Counted from the first letter of the stretch, positions 51,239-61,769 are shown. The stretch is 64,000 nucleotides of DNA from Rheinheimera sp. (GCA_034519945.1 JAXHNX010000024.1:22520-86519); one strand, 5' to 3'. Translations and numbers: made by a program. The notes: a model not told the origin generated them from the sequence alone.

Positions 51239-52594
51239 TCAGGCCACCCGCTGTAGCCCGGTTAATTTACTGCGCAGTTGCCAGCGCAGCAGATAACAAC
51301 TGCACAGGCCTTGCAGCAACACGCTGGCCGCCGAGCAATACCAGACCATCGCCGGCGAAAAATCGCGACGTCCGGATAACCACAGTACCGGCAGGATAAA
51401 TATAAATACCCGCAAGAACGAGCTGGCCAACGAAGGCCAGGTATTGCCAAGTCCCTGAAACAGACCGGAGCAACTAAATACCAGTACCACACTCAGGCAG
51501 TTCAGGCTGATGATCCGCAAAAAGAGTTCACCTTCGGCCAATACCCGCGGATCGCCACTAAAAAGTGCCATCAGCGCATGCGCCGTCAGCTGACACAGGA
51601 TAAACAGCAGTCCCATCACCCATGCCATTTGTTGCATCCCAATCCGCAAGCTCTGCCGGACTCTTGCCGCTTGTCCGGCACCAAAGTTCTGGCCAACAAT
51701 AGCTGGCAGCGCAAATGAAATGGCCATCGCCGGCATCATGAACGCTTGCAAAATCCGGTTACCAATACCAAAGGCGGCTTGGGTTGCGGTGCCGAAGTCT
51801 TTAATCACCCAATAGACAAATGCAGTAAAGATAAACATCAGCGCAAATTCGCCGCCAGCCGGTACGCCGATAGCCGCGATTTGTCGCCAGACTTTGCCGT
51901 CAAAGCGCCACTGGGTGGGAACCTGTAATACCGAATGGTCACTTTTTTGGAAGTATCGCCAGAGCAGCAGTACACCGACCGTCACCGAAAGACTGCTGGC
52001 CAGGCCGGCGCCAAATACACCGAGCGCAAAACCTGTGCCCCAACCGGCGATCAACACCGGCGCCAGCATGGTATTTAACAGCACAGTGATCAGTTGCACC
52101 TGCATGGCGGGTTTGACGATGCCAACGGCGCGCAGTGCGGCGGCAATGGCGGTGGACACAAACATCAATGCCAAACCCGGCAGATAGGCCAGCAAAAATT
52201 GTTGTGCTTGTTGTTGTACCGCGGGATCTGCGCTCAGCAGTTGTATATAAAGGTCGCTCAGGCCAAAGCCCAGCACGAGCGTCAGCAGCGCGAAGGCCAT
52301 GCCCATCAGCATGGCCTGCTGGAACACAATATTGGCATGTTGGTGTTCACGGGCGCCGGTATAGCGGGCGATGAGCGCGACACAACCCACGTTCAGCATC
52401 TGGGTTAACGCCATAATCAGCAACATCAGATTGCCCGCTGCGCTGACGGCGGCGATGGCTTCTGCGCCTAAATCAGCGACGAAATACAGATCCACAAACA
52501 AATACAACGACTGCACAAACATGCCAATCATCATGGGTAGCGCCATAGTCCAGACATGGCGGCGCAGCGAGCCCTGGGTTAAATCGGTCATCAC
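51239..52594 (-). CDS. MATE family efflux transporter
   Basis: DLTQGS..MALP, VDLYFV and GQNFGAG; about 12 TMs. Confidence 0.93.
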   Translation of the reverse strand: MMTDLTQGSLRRHVWTMALPMMIGMFVQSLYLFVDLYFVADLGAEAIAAVSAAGNLMLLIMALTQMLNVGCVALIARYTGAREHQHANIVFQQAMLMGMAFALLTLVLGFGLSDLYIQLLSADPAVQQQAQQFLLAYLPGLALMFVSTAIAAALRAVGIVKPAMQVQLITVLLNTMLAPVLIAGWGTGFALGVFGAGLASSLSVTVGVLLLWRYFQKSDHSVLQVPTQWRFDGKVWRQIAAIGVPAGGEFALMFIFTAFVYWVIKDFGTATQAAFGIGNRILQAFMMPAMAISFALPAIVGQNFGAGQAARVRQSLRIGMQQMAWVMGLLFILCQLTAHALMALFSGDPRVLAEGELFLRIISLNCLSVVLVFSCSGLFQGLGNTWPSLASSFLRVFIFILPVLWLSGRRDFSPAMVWYCSAASVLLQGLCSCYLLRWQLRSKLTGLQRVA

Positions 52595-52614
52595 ATTCCT
52601 GTCGATATTGATAT

Positions 52615-53034
52615 CTAAAGCCGGGTTAATAATTCCGCCAAAGTTTCCTGCTGGCGCGACGTGAGGGGGGACATAAACTGGCTGGCAAAAAAGCCAAAGG
52701 TCTGATGTGCATCCAGATAAATCTGCTGGCCGCTGTCGGATAATTTCACCAGACTGACCCTGGCATCACGGGCGTTTTGTTCTTTTTCCACCAGCAGCAT
52801 TTTTTCCATTGGCTGCAGCAACCGGGTCACACCAGAAGCGCTGAGGCCAACGGCTCCCGCCAGTTCAATCCGGCTCAGTCGCTGCTGTGGCGACTGTGCT
52901 AGCCGGTGCAAAATACAATATTCGCTGAAGCTGATGCCATGCACGCTCAGTTGTGAGTCGGCTTTTTTAATCATGCCAGACCAGAGCAAGGCGCTTTGCA
53001 GCACCAGATCGACGGCGGGGTTTTGGCTGTCCAT
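52615..53034 (-). CDS. MarR-family regulator
   Basis: LSASGVTRLL and RDARVSLVKLS. Confidence 0.92.
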   Translation of the reverse strand: MDSQNPAVDLVLQSALLWSGMIKKADSQLSVHGISFSEYCILHRLAQSPQQRLSRIELAGAVGLSASGVTRLLQPMEKMLLVEKEQNARDARVSLVKLSDSGQQIYLDAHQTFGFFASQFMSPLTSRQQETLAELLTRL

Positions 53035-53100
53035 AAATTGACCTTTGTTAGGGTGAAGCCGCTGTGGGCTGAATCTAAAAGCTGCACTAAAGATTGATTA

Positions 53101-53120
53101 ATGCTTGACTATGCAAGTAT
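53101..53120. promoter_or_regulatory. Imperfect palindrome, candidate MarR operator
   Basis: ATGCTTG-ACTATG-CAAGTAT upstream of the MarR-MATE genes. Confidence 0.5.
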
Positions 53121-53214
53121 GTTATTGATTCTTGCTGCGGTGTGCAAGGTTTTTAGTAGATAGATTTGTAACGGGAGGAACAATGTTGCTGGTATTTGGC
53201 ATAGGTGCGGCATA

Positions 53215-53239
53215 AAAAAAGCAGGCATATTGCCTGCTT
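53215..53239 (-). terminator. Intrinsic terminator of ilvE
   Basis: aagcaggc/gcctgctt stem with a T-run on the minus strand. Confidence 0.8.
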
Positions 53240-53264
53240 CTTAAATGGTGGTCTGCTGACCGGC

Positions 53265-54257
53265 TTAAATCTTCGTCAGCCAGCCATGTTTGTCTTCGGC
53301 TTTGCCCCACTGAATGTCGTTCAGTGCCTGACGCAAACGGGCTGTGGTTGGGCCTGGCTCGCCGCTACCGACTTTGTATTCAGTCCCGCGGTGGATCAGG
53401 GTACCAACCGGTGCCAGTACTGCTGCTGTGCCAGACAAGGCGGCTTCAGTACCTGGTTTGGCGGCGCGTTCCAGCAGTTCGTCCACTGTCAGGTCACGCT
53501 CAGATACTGTCATGCCCAAATCACGCGCCAGGGTCAGGATTGAATCACGGGTCACGCCATGCAGGAAGGATGCATCCAGCGCTTTGGTGATGATTTCGTT
53601 GCCGTCAATCAACAGGAAGTTGGCGGCACCGGTTTCCTGTACATCGCCATGCGGGCAGAACAGCACCTGATCAGCCTGATGTTTTGCTTTGGCCTGCATC
53701 GTTGGTTGCAGTGCGCTGGCATAGTTGCCGCCGCTTTTAATCATGCCCATGTGTGGTGCGCAGCGGGCGTTGTCTTCCAACAGCAAACGCAGCGCGCGGC
53801 TGCCACCGGCAAAATAGTCGCCGACCGGTGATAACAACACATACAGCATCGAGGTCAGCGTTGGCGTGGCGGCTTTGCCGATCGCAGGTTCGGTGCCGAT
53901 ATGGGTTGGGCGGATATACATTGAACCCGGCGGCGTTGGCACGTCTGCCGCGAAGTGACGCACAGCGTCGACAATCATCTGGCTCAGCAACGCTGGTTCA
54001 AATTTAGGTAAGGATAACAATTCCGAGCTTTGCAGCATCCGCGCGATGTTTTTATCCATGCGGAAAATGGCGATAGTGCCATCTTCGTGGCGGAATGCTT
54101 TTAAGCCTTCAAAACAAGTACTTGCATAGTGCAGCACATGCGCGCCCGGATGCAGAGAGATGCTGTTTGCCGGGACAATGGCCGAAGGCCCCCAGGCATT
54201 TCCATCAAATTGGGCCATTGCCATTTCAGGCATAAATACACTACCGAATGCTGCCAT
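53265..54257 (-). CDS. ilvE: Branched-chain amino acid aminotransferase
   Basis: LHYASTCFEGLKA, YIRP, KSGGNY, GVTRDS and SGTAA. Confidence 0.93.
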   Translation of the reverse strand: MAAFGSVFMPEMAMAQFDGNAWGPSAIVPANSISLHPGAHVLHYASTCFEGLKAFRHEDGTIAIFRMDKNIARMLQSSELLSLPKFEPALLSQMIVDAVRHFAADVPTPPGSMYIRPTHIGTEPAIGKAATPTLTSMLYVLLSPVGDYFAGGSRALRLLLEDNARCAPHMGMIKSGGNYASALQPTMQAKAKHQADQVLFCPHGDVQETGAANFLLIDGNEIITKALDASFLHGVTRDSILTLARDLGMTVSERDLTVDELLERAAKPGTEAALSGTAAVLAPVGTLIHRGTEYKVGSGEPGPTTARLRQALNDIQWGKAEDKHGWLTKI

Positions 54258-54507
54258 TTGTTCTTTCCTGCTGCTGACTGAAGGGCCAGATAAACTGGCT
54301 GATTTAGCTTGAGTTATTGATTTACAGAGGGTTTTACGCAACGCATTTCGCCATATTCGCGTAGATGGAACACCATCCGCTGATCGGGCGACAGCCGGAA
54401 AAACGCCGTCGAAATCGTTGTACACTTTCGCCGCATTGTAACCAGCCTGACCGAATTCGGCATCAACTATCTGCGAGTCTGTAGCATCCAGAAGTGTAAA
54501 CAAAGGC

Positions 54508-55206
54508 TTATTGCAGCGGCCGGGCCAGCACCGCATCAACCCGCTGCATCAAACGGGCTGCTTCGGCATGTTGGCGCGATAACACCAGGTGTACCGGCAA
54601 CTGCTCCAAAGCATCAAACACCAGCAGCGGATTAGCCAGCGCCATCTCACTGGCGTGATAACAGAGGAAATAATCGTAGCGGCCACTGAGTAATAACCGG
54701 AATGCATCAGGCTGATTGCTGATGTCATAACGTTTTACTGCAAATGCCGCCAGTTCAGGCCGTTGCTGCAAAAATGCAAAGCGGGTTTCACTGAGCGCCA
54801 GATAAGGATAATGCTGCAACTGGCTGAGGTAGGACATGCGCTTGGTCGTGCGCAATCTTACGACGCCCAGTTCCACTGCATATACCGGCAACCGGCTCAG
54901 GTGAAACTGTTGGGCTTGCTGACCGGATGGCGCAACTACCGCGGTGAAATCAATGTCTTGCTGCAACGCATTTAAGCCTCGTTGCAGTGAATAAAACCGG
55001 AAGTCGGGCGCAAAACCGGCGGCAGTTAACACCTTGCGTACCTGATCGATGCCAACACCCTCCGCTTGCCCCTGCGGGTTACTGAATTCATAAGGCGGCA
55101 GGTCGGAATAGAAATACGTCACAGGTTCAGCATGGCCTGGTCCGGCACACAGCAGGACCAGGCTGGTTGGCAGCAATAACAGAATGCGGGATAACAACAG
55201 CAACAT
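54508..55206 (-). CDS. Periplasmic substrate-binding protein (family 3-like)
   Basis: Signal peptide, LPPYEF..GVGID and LLSGRYD. Confidence 0.75.
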   Translation of the reverse strand: MLLLLSRILLLLPTSLVLLCAGPGHAEPVTYFYSDLPPYEFSNPQGQAEGVGIDQVRKVLTAAGFAPDFRFYSLQRGLNALQQDIDFTAVVAPSGQQAQQFHLSRLPVYAVELGVVRLRTTKRMSYLSQLQHYPYLALSETRFAFLQQRPELAAFAVKRYDISNQPDAFRLLLSGRYDYFLCYHASEMALANPLLVFDALEQLPVHLVLSRQHAEAARLMQRVDAVLARPLQ

Positions 55207-55277
55207 CAGTCGGGCTCTGGCAAGCAAAAGGGATGTGCCAATAACCTTAGACGATGGACACGCTGATGTTTTGTTTT

Positions 55278-56135
55278 TCACCACACCGCACTGATCCGTG
55301 GCCCCCACATCATCATGGCAGCGGCCCCAACGCCGAGTAACGTCAGCAAAAATCCTGTTGTCAGCAACAGCGCGGCGCACCACAATAACCACAGGTTCTG
55401 GCTGCGGCGGCTGCGCCACCAGACTTCAGCCACCAGCATCGGCAAGGCATAGCAGGCGAATGACAACACTAAATCCGCCGGGCCATCCAATGTAGCGTTG
55501 TTGCCAGCAGGCCCCTGATGCAGCAGGTACCAGCCCATCAGAAACAGGCGGAAGGTCCAGACCCCATTGATCAGGAAAAAACTATGCAAAGCAAAGCGCT
55601 GGTGTAAGGCAAAGTTACGCTGACGGGCATAAAACCAGGCGAAGCCGACAGCGACCGGGATCAACAAACCATTGAATGTAATGCCGATGGCGCCTAAATC
55701 ACTTAAGCGCGAGCCACGCACCCAGGTCAGATACAAACCAGTCAGCGCGCCACAAAGGCCCAGCGTTAAAAACAGCCGGCCATTCCAGCGATGAACCCGC
55801 GGCCAGCGTTGCCGCAGTTGTGGAACCAGTTGCAGCAGCCCGCCGATGCTGAGGATGGCCGCTGGCAGCAGGTGAGCAAATAATATCAGGTTGCCGCTCA
55901 GATCTCCGGCGACAAATCCGGTGATCGGCCTCGCCAGATTGGCTGCCAGATAATCTCCACGCACCACAGGCCACAGGTACAACAAACCAATATAAAACGC
56001 GAACAACCATTGACCCGCGAGCGCCACAGCAAACCAACTGATGCCGCTGAAACGCAATAGCTGACGCGCTGCAGCAGCGGATCCATCTGTTCGTGGCGTG
56101 GCCGGCTGGCTCGCCTCAGAGATAAAACCAGACAT
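55278..56135 (-). CDS. DUF2306-like membrane protein
   Basis: GLLQLVPQLR..HRWNGR and HQRFALH; multiple TMs. Confidence 0.8.
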   Translation of the reverse strand: MSGFISEASQPATPRTDGSAAAARQLLRFSGISWFAVALAGQWLFAFYIGLLYLWPVVRGDYLAANLARPITGFVAGDLSGNLILFAHLLPAAILSIGGLLQLVPQLRQRWPRVHRWNGRLFLTLGLCGALTGLYLTWVRGSRLSDLGAIGITFNGLLIPVAVGFAWFYARQRNFALHQRFALHSFFLINGVWTFRLFLMGWYLLHQGPAGNNATLDGPADLVLSFACYALPMLVAEVWWRSRRSQNLWLLWCAALLLTTGFLLTLLGVGAAAMMMWGPRISAVW

Positions 56136-56339
56136 CTTACAACCTCCTGACAGGGAAAAACTTATGGCAGCCTGGACTGTTGTGAGAGCAAAATCGCGCC
56201 GGATTTGAAACTCAGCGCAAGAAAATCACCGCTATCATGGACCAGCCCAATGTTGACATAACTGCTGACAGTCCGGTTTTGCCGGCAACTGCAGGCCGGT
56301 GCTAACATGGCATGATGTTCCTGTGACCGGAGTTTTCAG

Positions 56340-57428
56340 ATGCTGCATCAAAGCCTGCAATTCAGCCTGTTTATCGTGAGTGTGTTGCTGCTGTGTGCAC
56401 AGCTGTGGGTTCGGCATAAAAGTGCTGTGCATCTCTGGTTTGCGCTGTTTTGCGGTTCGATTGCCATCATGGCGTTGCAGCGGCTTGGCGGTGCGGATTG
56501 GGGCATCTGGCAATATCTGATTGGTCTTGGCGCCTGCCTGACTTGCAATGGTTATTGGCTGGTGGCGCGGGCATTGTTTCGGCCCGGCGTTGCAGTCGAC
56601 CGCCGGCATATCAGTGTGGCAGCCGTCGTTGCAGTACTGGTGATCGGCCATCAGTTGCTGCAGTTGTTGCAATCACAGTGGCAGCCAACTGCGGCCGTTT
56701 GGGCGCCGGCCAATACCGCTACAGCAGAATTGCTGACGTTATTGTCGTCGACGATGCTGATGCTGACGTTGTGGGAAGGTTGCCGGGGCCTGACGCAGCT
56801 CAGCGGCGCAGAAAGAGCGCAGCGTCTGCTGTTTCTGGTCAGTTTCACCAGTGCGCTGTTGTTGTGTCTGATCCTGGCCAAAACCTGGCCCACAGCGGCC
56901 GGCAACCCGGCAATGCAGCAAAATCTGGCGGCGCTGGCCGCGATGTGGATCCTTGGCGTAACACAAGGCTTAATTTGGTGGCGGTTTCCAGCCAGTTCGG
57001 CTGCGCTGCAGGTTCCGGCTGAACATGAACCTGAAGTGGCGGTTCCCGCCGCATTATGTGCCGCCGATCAGCAATTGTTGGACGCAATCCATATTGCATT
57101 AGAGCAGGAAAAACTGTTCCTGCAGACCAGCCTGAAAGTGGCCGATCTGGCGCGGCGCTTTGCGGTGCCGGAATACCGGGTGAGCCGAGTGCTCAGGCAG
57201 CAGTATCCGCAGTGGAATTTTAATCAGTTGATCAACGCGTTGCGCATCCAACACGCCCAACAATTGTTGGCCGATCCGGCGAAACAGCATTGGTCGGTGT
57301 TAGTGGTCGGGCTGGAAAGTGGTTTTGGCTCTGCCGGCCCGTTTAGCCGGGCCTTTAAAGCGTTGACCGGTCTGACGCCAAATGAATACCGCCAGCAGAG
57401 CAATGGCCGGACCATGCCAGCCGGCTAA
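56340..57428 (+). CDS. Membrane-anchored AraC-family regulator
   Basis: About seven TMs plus a C-terminal HTH (NFNQLIN..RI, SGFGSAGPFSRAFK..GLTP). Confidence 0.9.
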   Translation: MLHQSLQFSLFIVSVLLLCAQLWVRHKSAVHLWFALFCGSIAIMALQRLGGADWGIWQYLIGLGACLTCNGYWLVARALFRPGVAVDRRHISVAAVVAVLVIGHQLLQLLQSQWQPTAAVWAPANTATAELLTLLSSTMLMLTLWEGCRGLTQLSGAERAQRLLFLVSFTSALLLCLILAKTWPTAAGNPAMQQNLAALAAMWILGVTQGLIWWRFPASSAALQVPAEHEPEVAVPAALCAADQQLLDAIHIALEQEKLFLQTSLKVADLARRFAVPEYRVSRVLRQQYPQWNFNQLINALRIQHAQQLLADPAKQHWSVLVVGLESGFGSAGPFSRAFKALTGLTPNEYRQQSNGRTMPAG

Positions 57429-58204
57429 ACAGGTGGCTGTGGCGGCTCGGTTGCTGGTGTAGTCATCGGCGCGGGCAGATCACAAAAGCCGATATTTTGA
57501 GCCTGACGTTGCGTTATAAGTTGATTGACCCGCTGGATGAATGCCGCCGGGATCTGGGCACTGAAGGCGAGATGAATATTGCCTTCAATCACCGGCAACG
57601 CCAGCGGCTGATAACGGGCCCGCTGTTCTTCCGGCAATTTTCGCCAGTGACGCTCGGCCGACACCAGCAAATCAGCCCGCTGTTTATCCAGCGCTTCAAA
57701 CGGTACGGCGGCACTATGGCTCAGCGGTGCCTGCCATTTACTGCAGCCAGGGTATTGGCGTAGTTTCTCCAGTGTTTCGCCAAAATATCCCTGCGCCGGT
57801 ATCAGGATCCGTGACTGCTGCATGGTCTTATCACACCATTGGTTGATCTGATCCCATTGCGGGGCGCTGGCCAGCCGGTACAGATAGACATTATTGCGCG
57901 CGATGGCGCTGCTAAACTGGAAATTGCGCTGCCGATTCATCGCCAGGCCAGTGATCAGTTCAACTTCACCTTGCTGTAGTTTTTCTATGCGTTGGGCGAT
58001 GCCCGGATTGCCTTCGACAAACTTTAATGGGCAACCGAGTTCGGTAAAAAGCTGCTGCTGCCACTGGTCGGTGCAGGACAGCTGGCTGGTCTGGCGTTCG
58101 TATAAATGAAAAGTACGCAGTGCGGGCGGGCAACCGGGGTCCGCGTTGGCGAAAATGTCTGCCGCGAATACGCAAAAAAACAGCGGAATGGCGCGAGTGT
58201 TCAT
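57425..58204 (-). CDS. Periplasmic substrate-binding protein (family 3-like)
   Basis: LQQGEVEL, GYFG and HLAFS. Confidence 0.7.
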   Translation of the reverse strand: MNTRAIPLFFCVFAADIFANADPGCPPALRTFHLYERQTSQLSCTDQWQQQLFTELGCPLKFVEGNPGIAQRIEKLQQGEVELITGLAMNRQRNFQFSSAIARNNVYLYRLASAPQWDQINQWCDKTMQQSRILIPAQGYFGETLEKLRQYPGCSKWQAPLSHSAAVPFEALDKQRADLLVSAERHWRKLPEEQRARYQPLALPVIEGNIHLAFSAQIPAAFIQRVNQLITQRQAQNIGFCDLPAPMTTPATEPPQPPV

Positions 58205-58380
58205 CAGTGACTCCGGCGCATAAGTAAAAGTTATCATGGCTTTGACTGATGTTGTAGTCAAGCCGGTCGCTGATGTTGCAACCGCACGATTTCAGCAGTG
58301 TGCGGTTCTGTTTTGTGCGTTGTCGCCGAAGTCGCTGCAGTCATAGCGCATGACCGGTTCTGGCGCGGCTTGCCAAGTAT

Positions 58381-59148
58381 TCAGCGCTTTGAAAATAAGG
58401 CCAGCGAATAGTCCAGCAATTGCAGATCACCGACATCGCCATGGCCTGGCACTACGACAAGCGCTTGCGGATATTGGGCTTTGAGCCGTTGCAGGCTAAC
58501 CGGCCAGGCGGCAACGTCAGCGTCGGCAATATTGCCAAGGCCCGGATACCGCGGAGCTTTAACAAAACAGCCGCCGTGTAACAGCTGATACTGTGGCAAC
58601 CACAACACGATGTTGTCGGCCGTATGGCCAGGCCCCGGATAAAACCATTGCACTGGGCCATCCTGATAAACCCCGCCCGGCGCTAAATCAGTCACCACCT
58701 GCAGTGGTGTGATCTGCTGCTGTGCGCCAATAGCGCCGGTTTGTGTGGTGACCTGCAGCGGAATGCCCCGTTCCGCCAGAGCCACAACTCCGCCGGTGCG
58801 GTCGTCATGGGCATGGGTGGCAATGGCTTTGCGCACCGGCTTTTTCAGCACCACATCAATCCAGTGCAATAAATCGCGGGTAGGGTAAAAGCCCCAGGCG
58901 GTATCCAGTAACCAAATGCCGTCTGGCGTCTCGAGGATCAGACCATTGGCGGTAAACACGGCACCATTGCTGAGCTTTTGTTCTGTCCGGTGTAGCCACA
59001 AGCCATCGGCTAACTGCTGCACCTGCAGCTGTGGCGATATCTGCCGGACCGGATAAGGCGTAGCCGCAGGCTGCACCGGCGCGGCGCCCACGCCAGACAT
59101 GCTGCCAAATAGCCAGAGCAATACACACAACAGAGGGCGGGTCAGCAT
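58381..59148 (-). CDS. Subclass B1 metallo-beta-lactamase
   Basis: Signal peptide, ANGLI, LDTAW, THAHDDRTGG, GPGHTADN, GGCFVK, LGN and VPGHG: the full 3H plus DCH ligand set. Confidence 0.92.
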   Translation of the reverse strand: MLTRPLLCVLLWLFGSMSGVGAAPVQPAATPYPVRQISPQLQVQQLADGLWLHRTEQKLSNGAVFTANGLILETPDGIWLLDTAWGFYPTRDLLHWIDVVLKKPVRKAIATHAHDDRTGGVVALAERGIPLQVTTQTGAIGAQQQITPLQVVTDLAPGGVYQDGPVQWFYPGPGHTADNIVLWLPQYQLLHGGCFVKAPRYPGLGNIADADVAAWPVSLQRLKAQYPQALVVVPGHGDVGDLQLLDYSLALFSKR

Positions 59149-59222
59149 CAGTATTCATACCGGTTTTGGTTGGTTGGTGCTGAGCATAATCCTTGTGGTC
59201 TTTTGCGGGCAAGCTCTGTCGG

Positions 59223-61769
59223 TTAATCCAGTTGCAGGCCATGCCGGTACAGCTTGGCCGCAACCTGTAGCATCGCTTGTTGCCAGGCCTCGGACTTAGT
59301 TTCATCCGGTGCCAGCCAATACTGACCGTCGCCGTTGAGTAGCATAACAAATCCTGTTTCCGTGGCTTTGTTGTAATACATCATGCTGCTGGCGCCAACA
59401 AACAAACCATTGTGGCCGACATAATCGCCACTGCGTTGCCAGAACCAGCCGGGGAAATCCTGGCCCGGTGTGAAAGGCTGGTCCCAGCCAAGCAGCTGAT
59501 GGCGACGGGTCTTGCTCAGGCCCGGCAACGCCTGCTGCGGTGTCTCGCTGGCGATAGCGGCAAGATAAGTGCCCAGGTCGCGTGCCGAGCTGTGCAACAT
59601 ACCGGCGTAGTAATCGGAAGAGGCATAACGCGGCAGCGGCATCAGCTCGCCATCTGCAGTTGGCAGGTACAAAGTTGCGGCGTTGCGGAAATCCTGCTGT
59701 GGCCAAAAGGTGTTGTGCAGTTGCAATGGCGCCATAATTTCGCGGTTTGACCACTGGGCAAACGGCTCTGCAGTCAGTTGTTCCAGCGCCACACTGGCCA
59801 GTTCAGCACCAACGTTGCTGTAGTTCTCGACACCGGCGTCAGCGAAATTTTGCGGCTGATACCAGGCCCCGCCCGGTTGCAGATAGTCCGCCAGAAAGCG
59901 TTGATGTGCAGGTTCTGGTGTACCGCACTGTTCTGTGCCACGCAATTGGTCGAGCAATGAAGCCCCGTCTGTAGTGCTGTAGATAGCGCAAAATAAGCTG
60001 CTTTCCTGGTCAACAATGCCAGATTGATGCTGAGCCAGCTGCAGCCAGCTGGGATTTAAGCTCTGGCCATCCGGTCGTTGCAGAAGAAATGGCAACGCAG
60101 GCAATGGATTGTTGACGGCAATATTCAGTTTGCCGATGGCAGTTCCCAGCAAGGTTTTACTGACCGAAGCGACCAGTGTCGGTGTATCCGCCGTCATGGC
60201 GGTATTGCTGGCGACATCGGCCAGACCGTCGGCAAAAGTGGCAACCACTTTGCCTTTACGCACCACTGCTGCGGCAAGGCCTGGTTGATTAAATTGCTGG
60301 CGGAAGCGGCGCATCGTATCTTGCACTTCGCTCGCCGACGCCGACTGTGCGGCCGGTGCCTGCAACAATTGCAAGGCGCGGTCCAATGAACTGACACTCT
60401 GCAGTGCCGAGTCGAGACTCAGGTATGGATACGCCGCGACATCAGGCAGTACCCCCTGTACTTCGAGTAATTGTCCGGCCGGATCCTGATACCGCTCATT
60501 GCTCAGCGTCAGCGTCCAGCCATTTGGCAGCTGATGCATCAGCGCGTCGGACAAAGAACCATGCGTCGGCTCGCCGACAATGGTGGCCTGTGGCAGACTT
60601 TGCAGTGCCAGCGTCATGACTTCGCCGGCACTGACGGTGGAGCCGCCGGCCAATACCTGTAACGGTTTCAGGTAAGGGCTGGCCGAGGCCGCCAGTTTGA
60701 TTGGGTGTTGACTGCCGCTACGCAGGCCTTTGCTGCCAATAACTGTGGCTTCGGCGTTAAACTGGCTGACAATTTTAAGTGCGACCGCATCAAAACCACC
60801 CAGATTGAAACGCAGGTCAATCACCAGACCTTTCGTCTGCGCCAGCCAGGGTTGCAGTTCCTGCAGCGCCGCCGCTGCAGTGTTGATATCGTCTTTGGCA
60901 AATTGCAGCCAGACGCTGGGCGCCGTCGACGTGGGGTCCTGCTGGCTCAGCGCCGACAACTGGTTCACCCGCAGATAACCGATGCCGCCTGGTAACAAAC
61001 CATATTGTACTGCGGCACTGGCCTGAGTCTGTTGTAGGCCCGGCGTCAGTAACAGTGCATCAGTCTGCTGTTGCAGCAACTGATGATACAAATCCAACTG
61101 GCCGAACAAGCTGTCGCTATCGTCGGCATTACCATCCGCTTCGATTTGCGCAAACAGGCCACGCCGGGCATAACCTTGGATTGCCGGCTGGTCCGGGTTG
61201 CCCAAAACCAGGTGTGCATCGCCGAATCGGCCAATAATTTCCTGATAATACCGTTGTTGCTGTTCAGCACTGGCGTTGGCAAATTTTGGCTGATAGTCGC
61301 GATACAGTTGCTCCCAGTTGAGCTCACGTTCTGTAGTGAAGGCGTAATATTGTTGGATGTCCTGCCAGAAAAATTCGAAATTTTTTGCGCTGTCCTGTTC
61401 GCCATTCATTGGCTGCAGACAACTGGCCGGCAGTTGCTGCAGACGCTGGAACTGACCAAACAATCCCGGGTCCTGCGCCAGACTGAGATCATTCCCATCA
61501 GCGCTTAATTGCAGCTGTGGTGTCAGCGCCTGGACTTCAGCCGCCGGATGTTCGGCCTGAAGCACACAACCAAATTTGTTCAGATTAAAGATTTGCAGCC
61601 GGTTTTTTTCCAGCTGCCAGACGGTGCCATAACCGGTTTTTTGCCAGATACCGTGCACTATGGGTTTTTCCGCCAGCAGCGCTTTGGTTTTGTCATCGTC
61701 ATTACAGCCGCTGAGTAAAACCAGCGCGCAGCAGCTGGTCAGAATAGGTTTGATATACAAGCGTTTCAT
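59223..61769 (-). CDS. Lipoprotein fusion of an S41 peptidase and a beta-lactamase-like serine hydrolase
   Basis: Lipobox LSGC; S41 motifs DLRFNLGG, TVSAGE and VGEPTHG; SxxK hydrolase motifs SVSK, YSN and GHNG. Confidence 0.88.
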   Translation of the reverse strand: MKRLYIKPILTSCCALVLLSGCNDDDKTKALLAEKPIVHGIWQKTGYGTVWQLEKNRLQIFNLNKFGCVLQAEHPAAEVQALTPQLQLSADGNDLSLAQDPGLFGQFQRLQQLPASCLQPMNGEQDSAKNFEFFWQDIQQYYAFTTERELNWEQLYRDYQPKFANASAEQQQRYYQEIIGRFGDAHLVLGNPDQPAIQGYARRGLFAQIEADGNADDSDSLFGQLDLYHQLLQQQTDALLLTPGLQQTQASAAVQYGLLPGGIGYLRVNQLSALSQQDPTSTAPSVWLQFAKDDINTAAAALQELQPWLAQTKGLVIDLRFNLGGFDAVALKIVSQFNAEATVIGSKGLRSGSQHPIKLAASASPYLKPLQVLAGGSTVSAGEVMTLALQSLPQATIVGEPTHGSLSDALMHQLPNGWTLTLSNERYQDPAGQLLEVQGVLPDVAAYPYLSLDSALQSVSSLDRALQLLQAPAAQSASASEVQDTMRRFRQQFNQPGLAAAVVRKGKVVATFADGLADVASNTAMTADTPTLVASVSKTLLGTAIGKLNIAVNNPLPALPFLLQRPDGQSLNPSWLQLAQHQSGIVDQESSLFCAIYSTTDGASLLDQLRGTEQCGTPEPAHQRFLADYLQPGGAWYQPQNFADAGVENYSNVGAELASVALEQLTAEPFAQWSNREIMAPLQLHNTFWPQQDFRNAATLYLPTADGELMPLPRYASSDYYAGMLHSSARDLGTYLAAIASETPQQALPGLSKTRRHQLLGWDQPFTPGQDFPGWFWQRSGDYVGHNGLFVGASSMMYYNKATETGFVMLLNGDGQYWLAPDETKSEAWQQAMLQVAAKLYRHGLQLD

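Noticed and set aside
54258-54507. Long ilvE upstream region as a riboswitch or attenuator
   Set aside because: No leader peptide rich in branched-chain residues, terminator or known aptamer motif was recognisable by eye.
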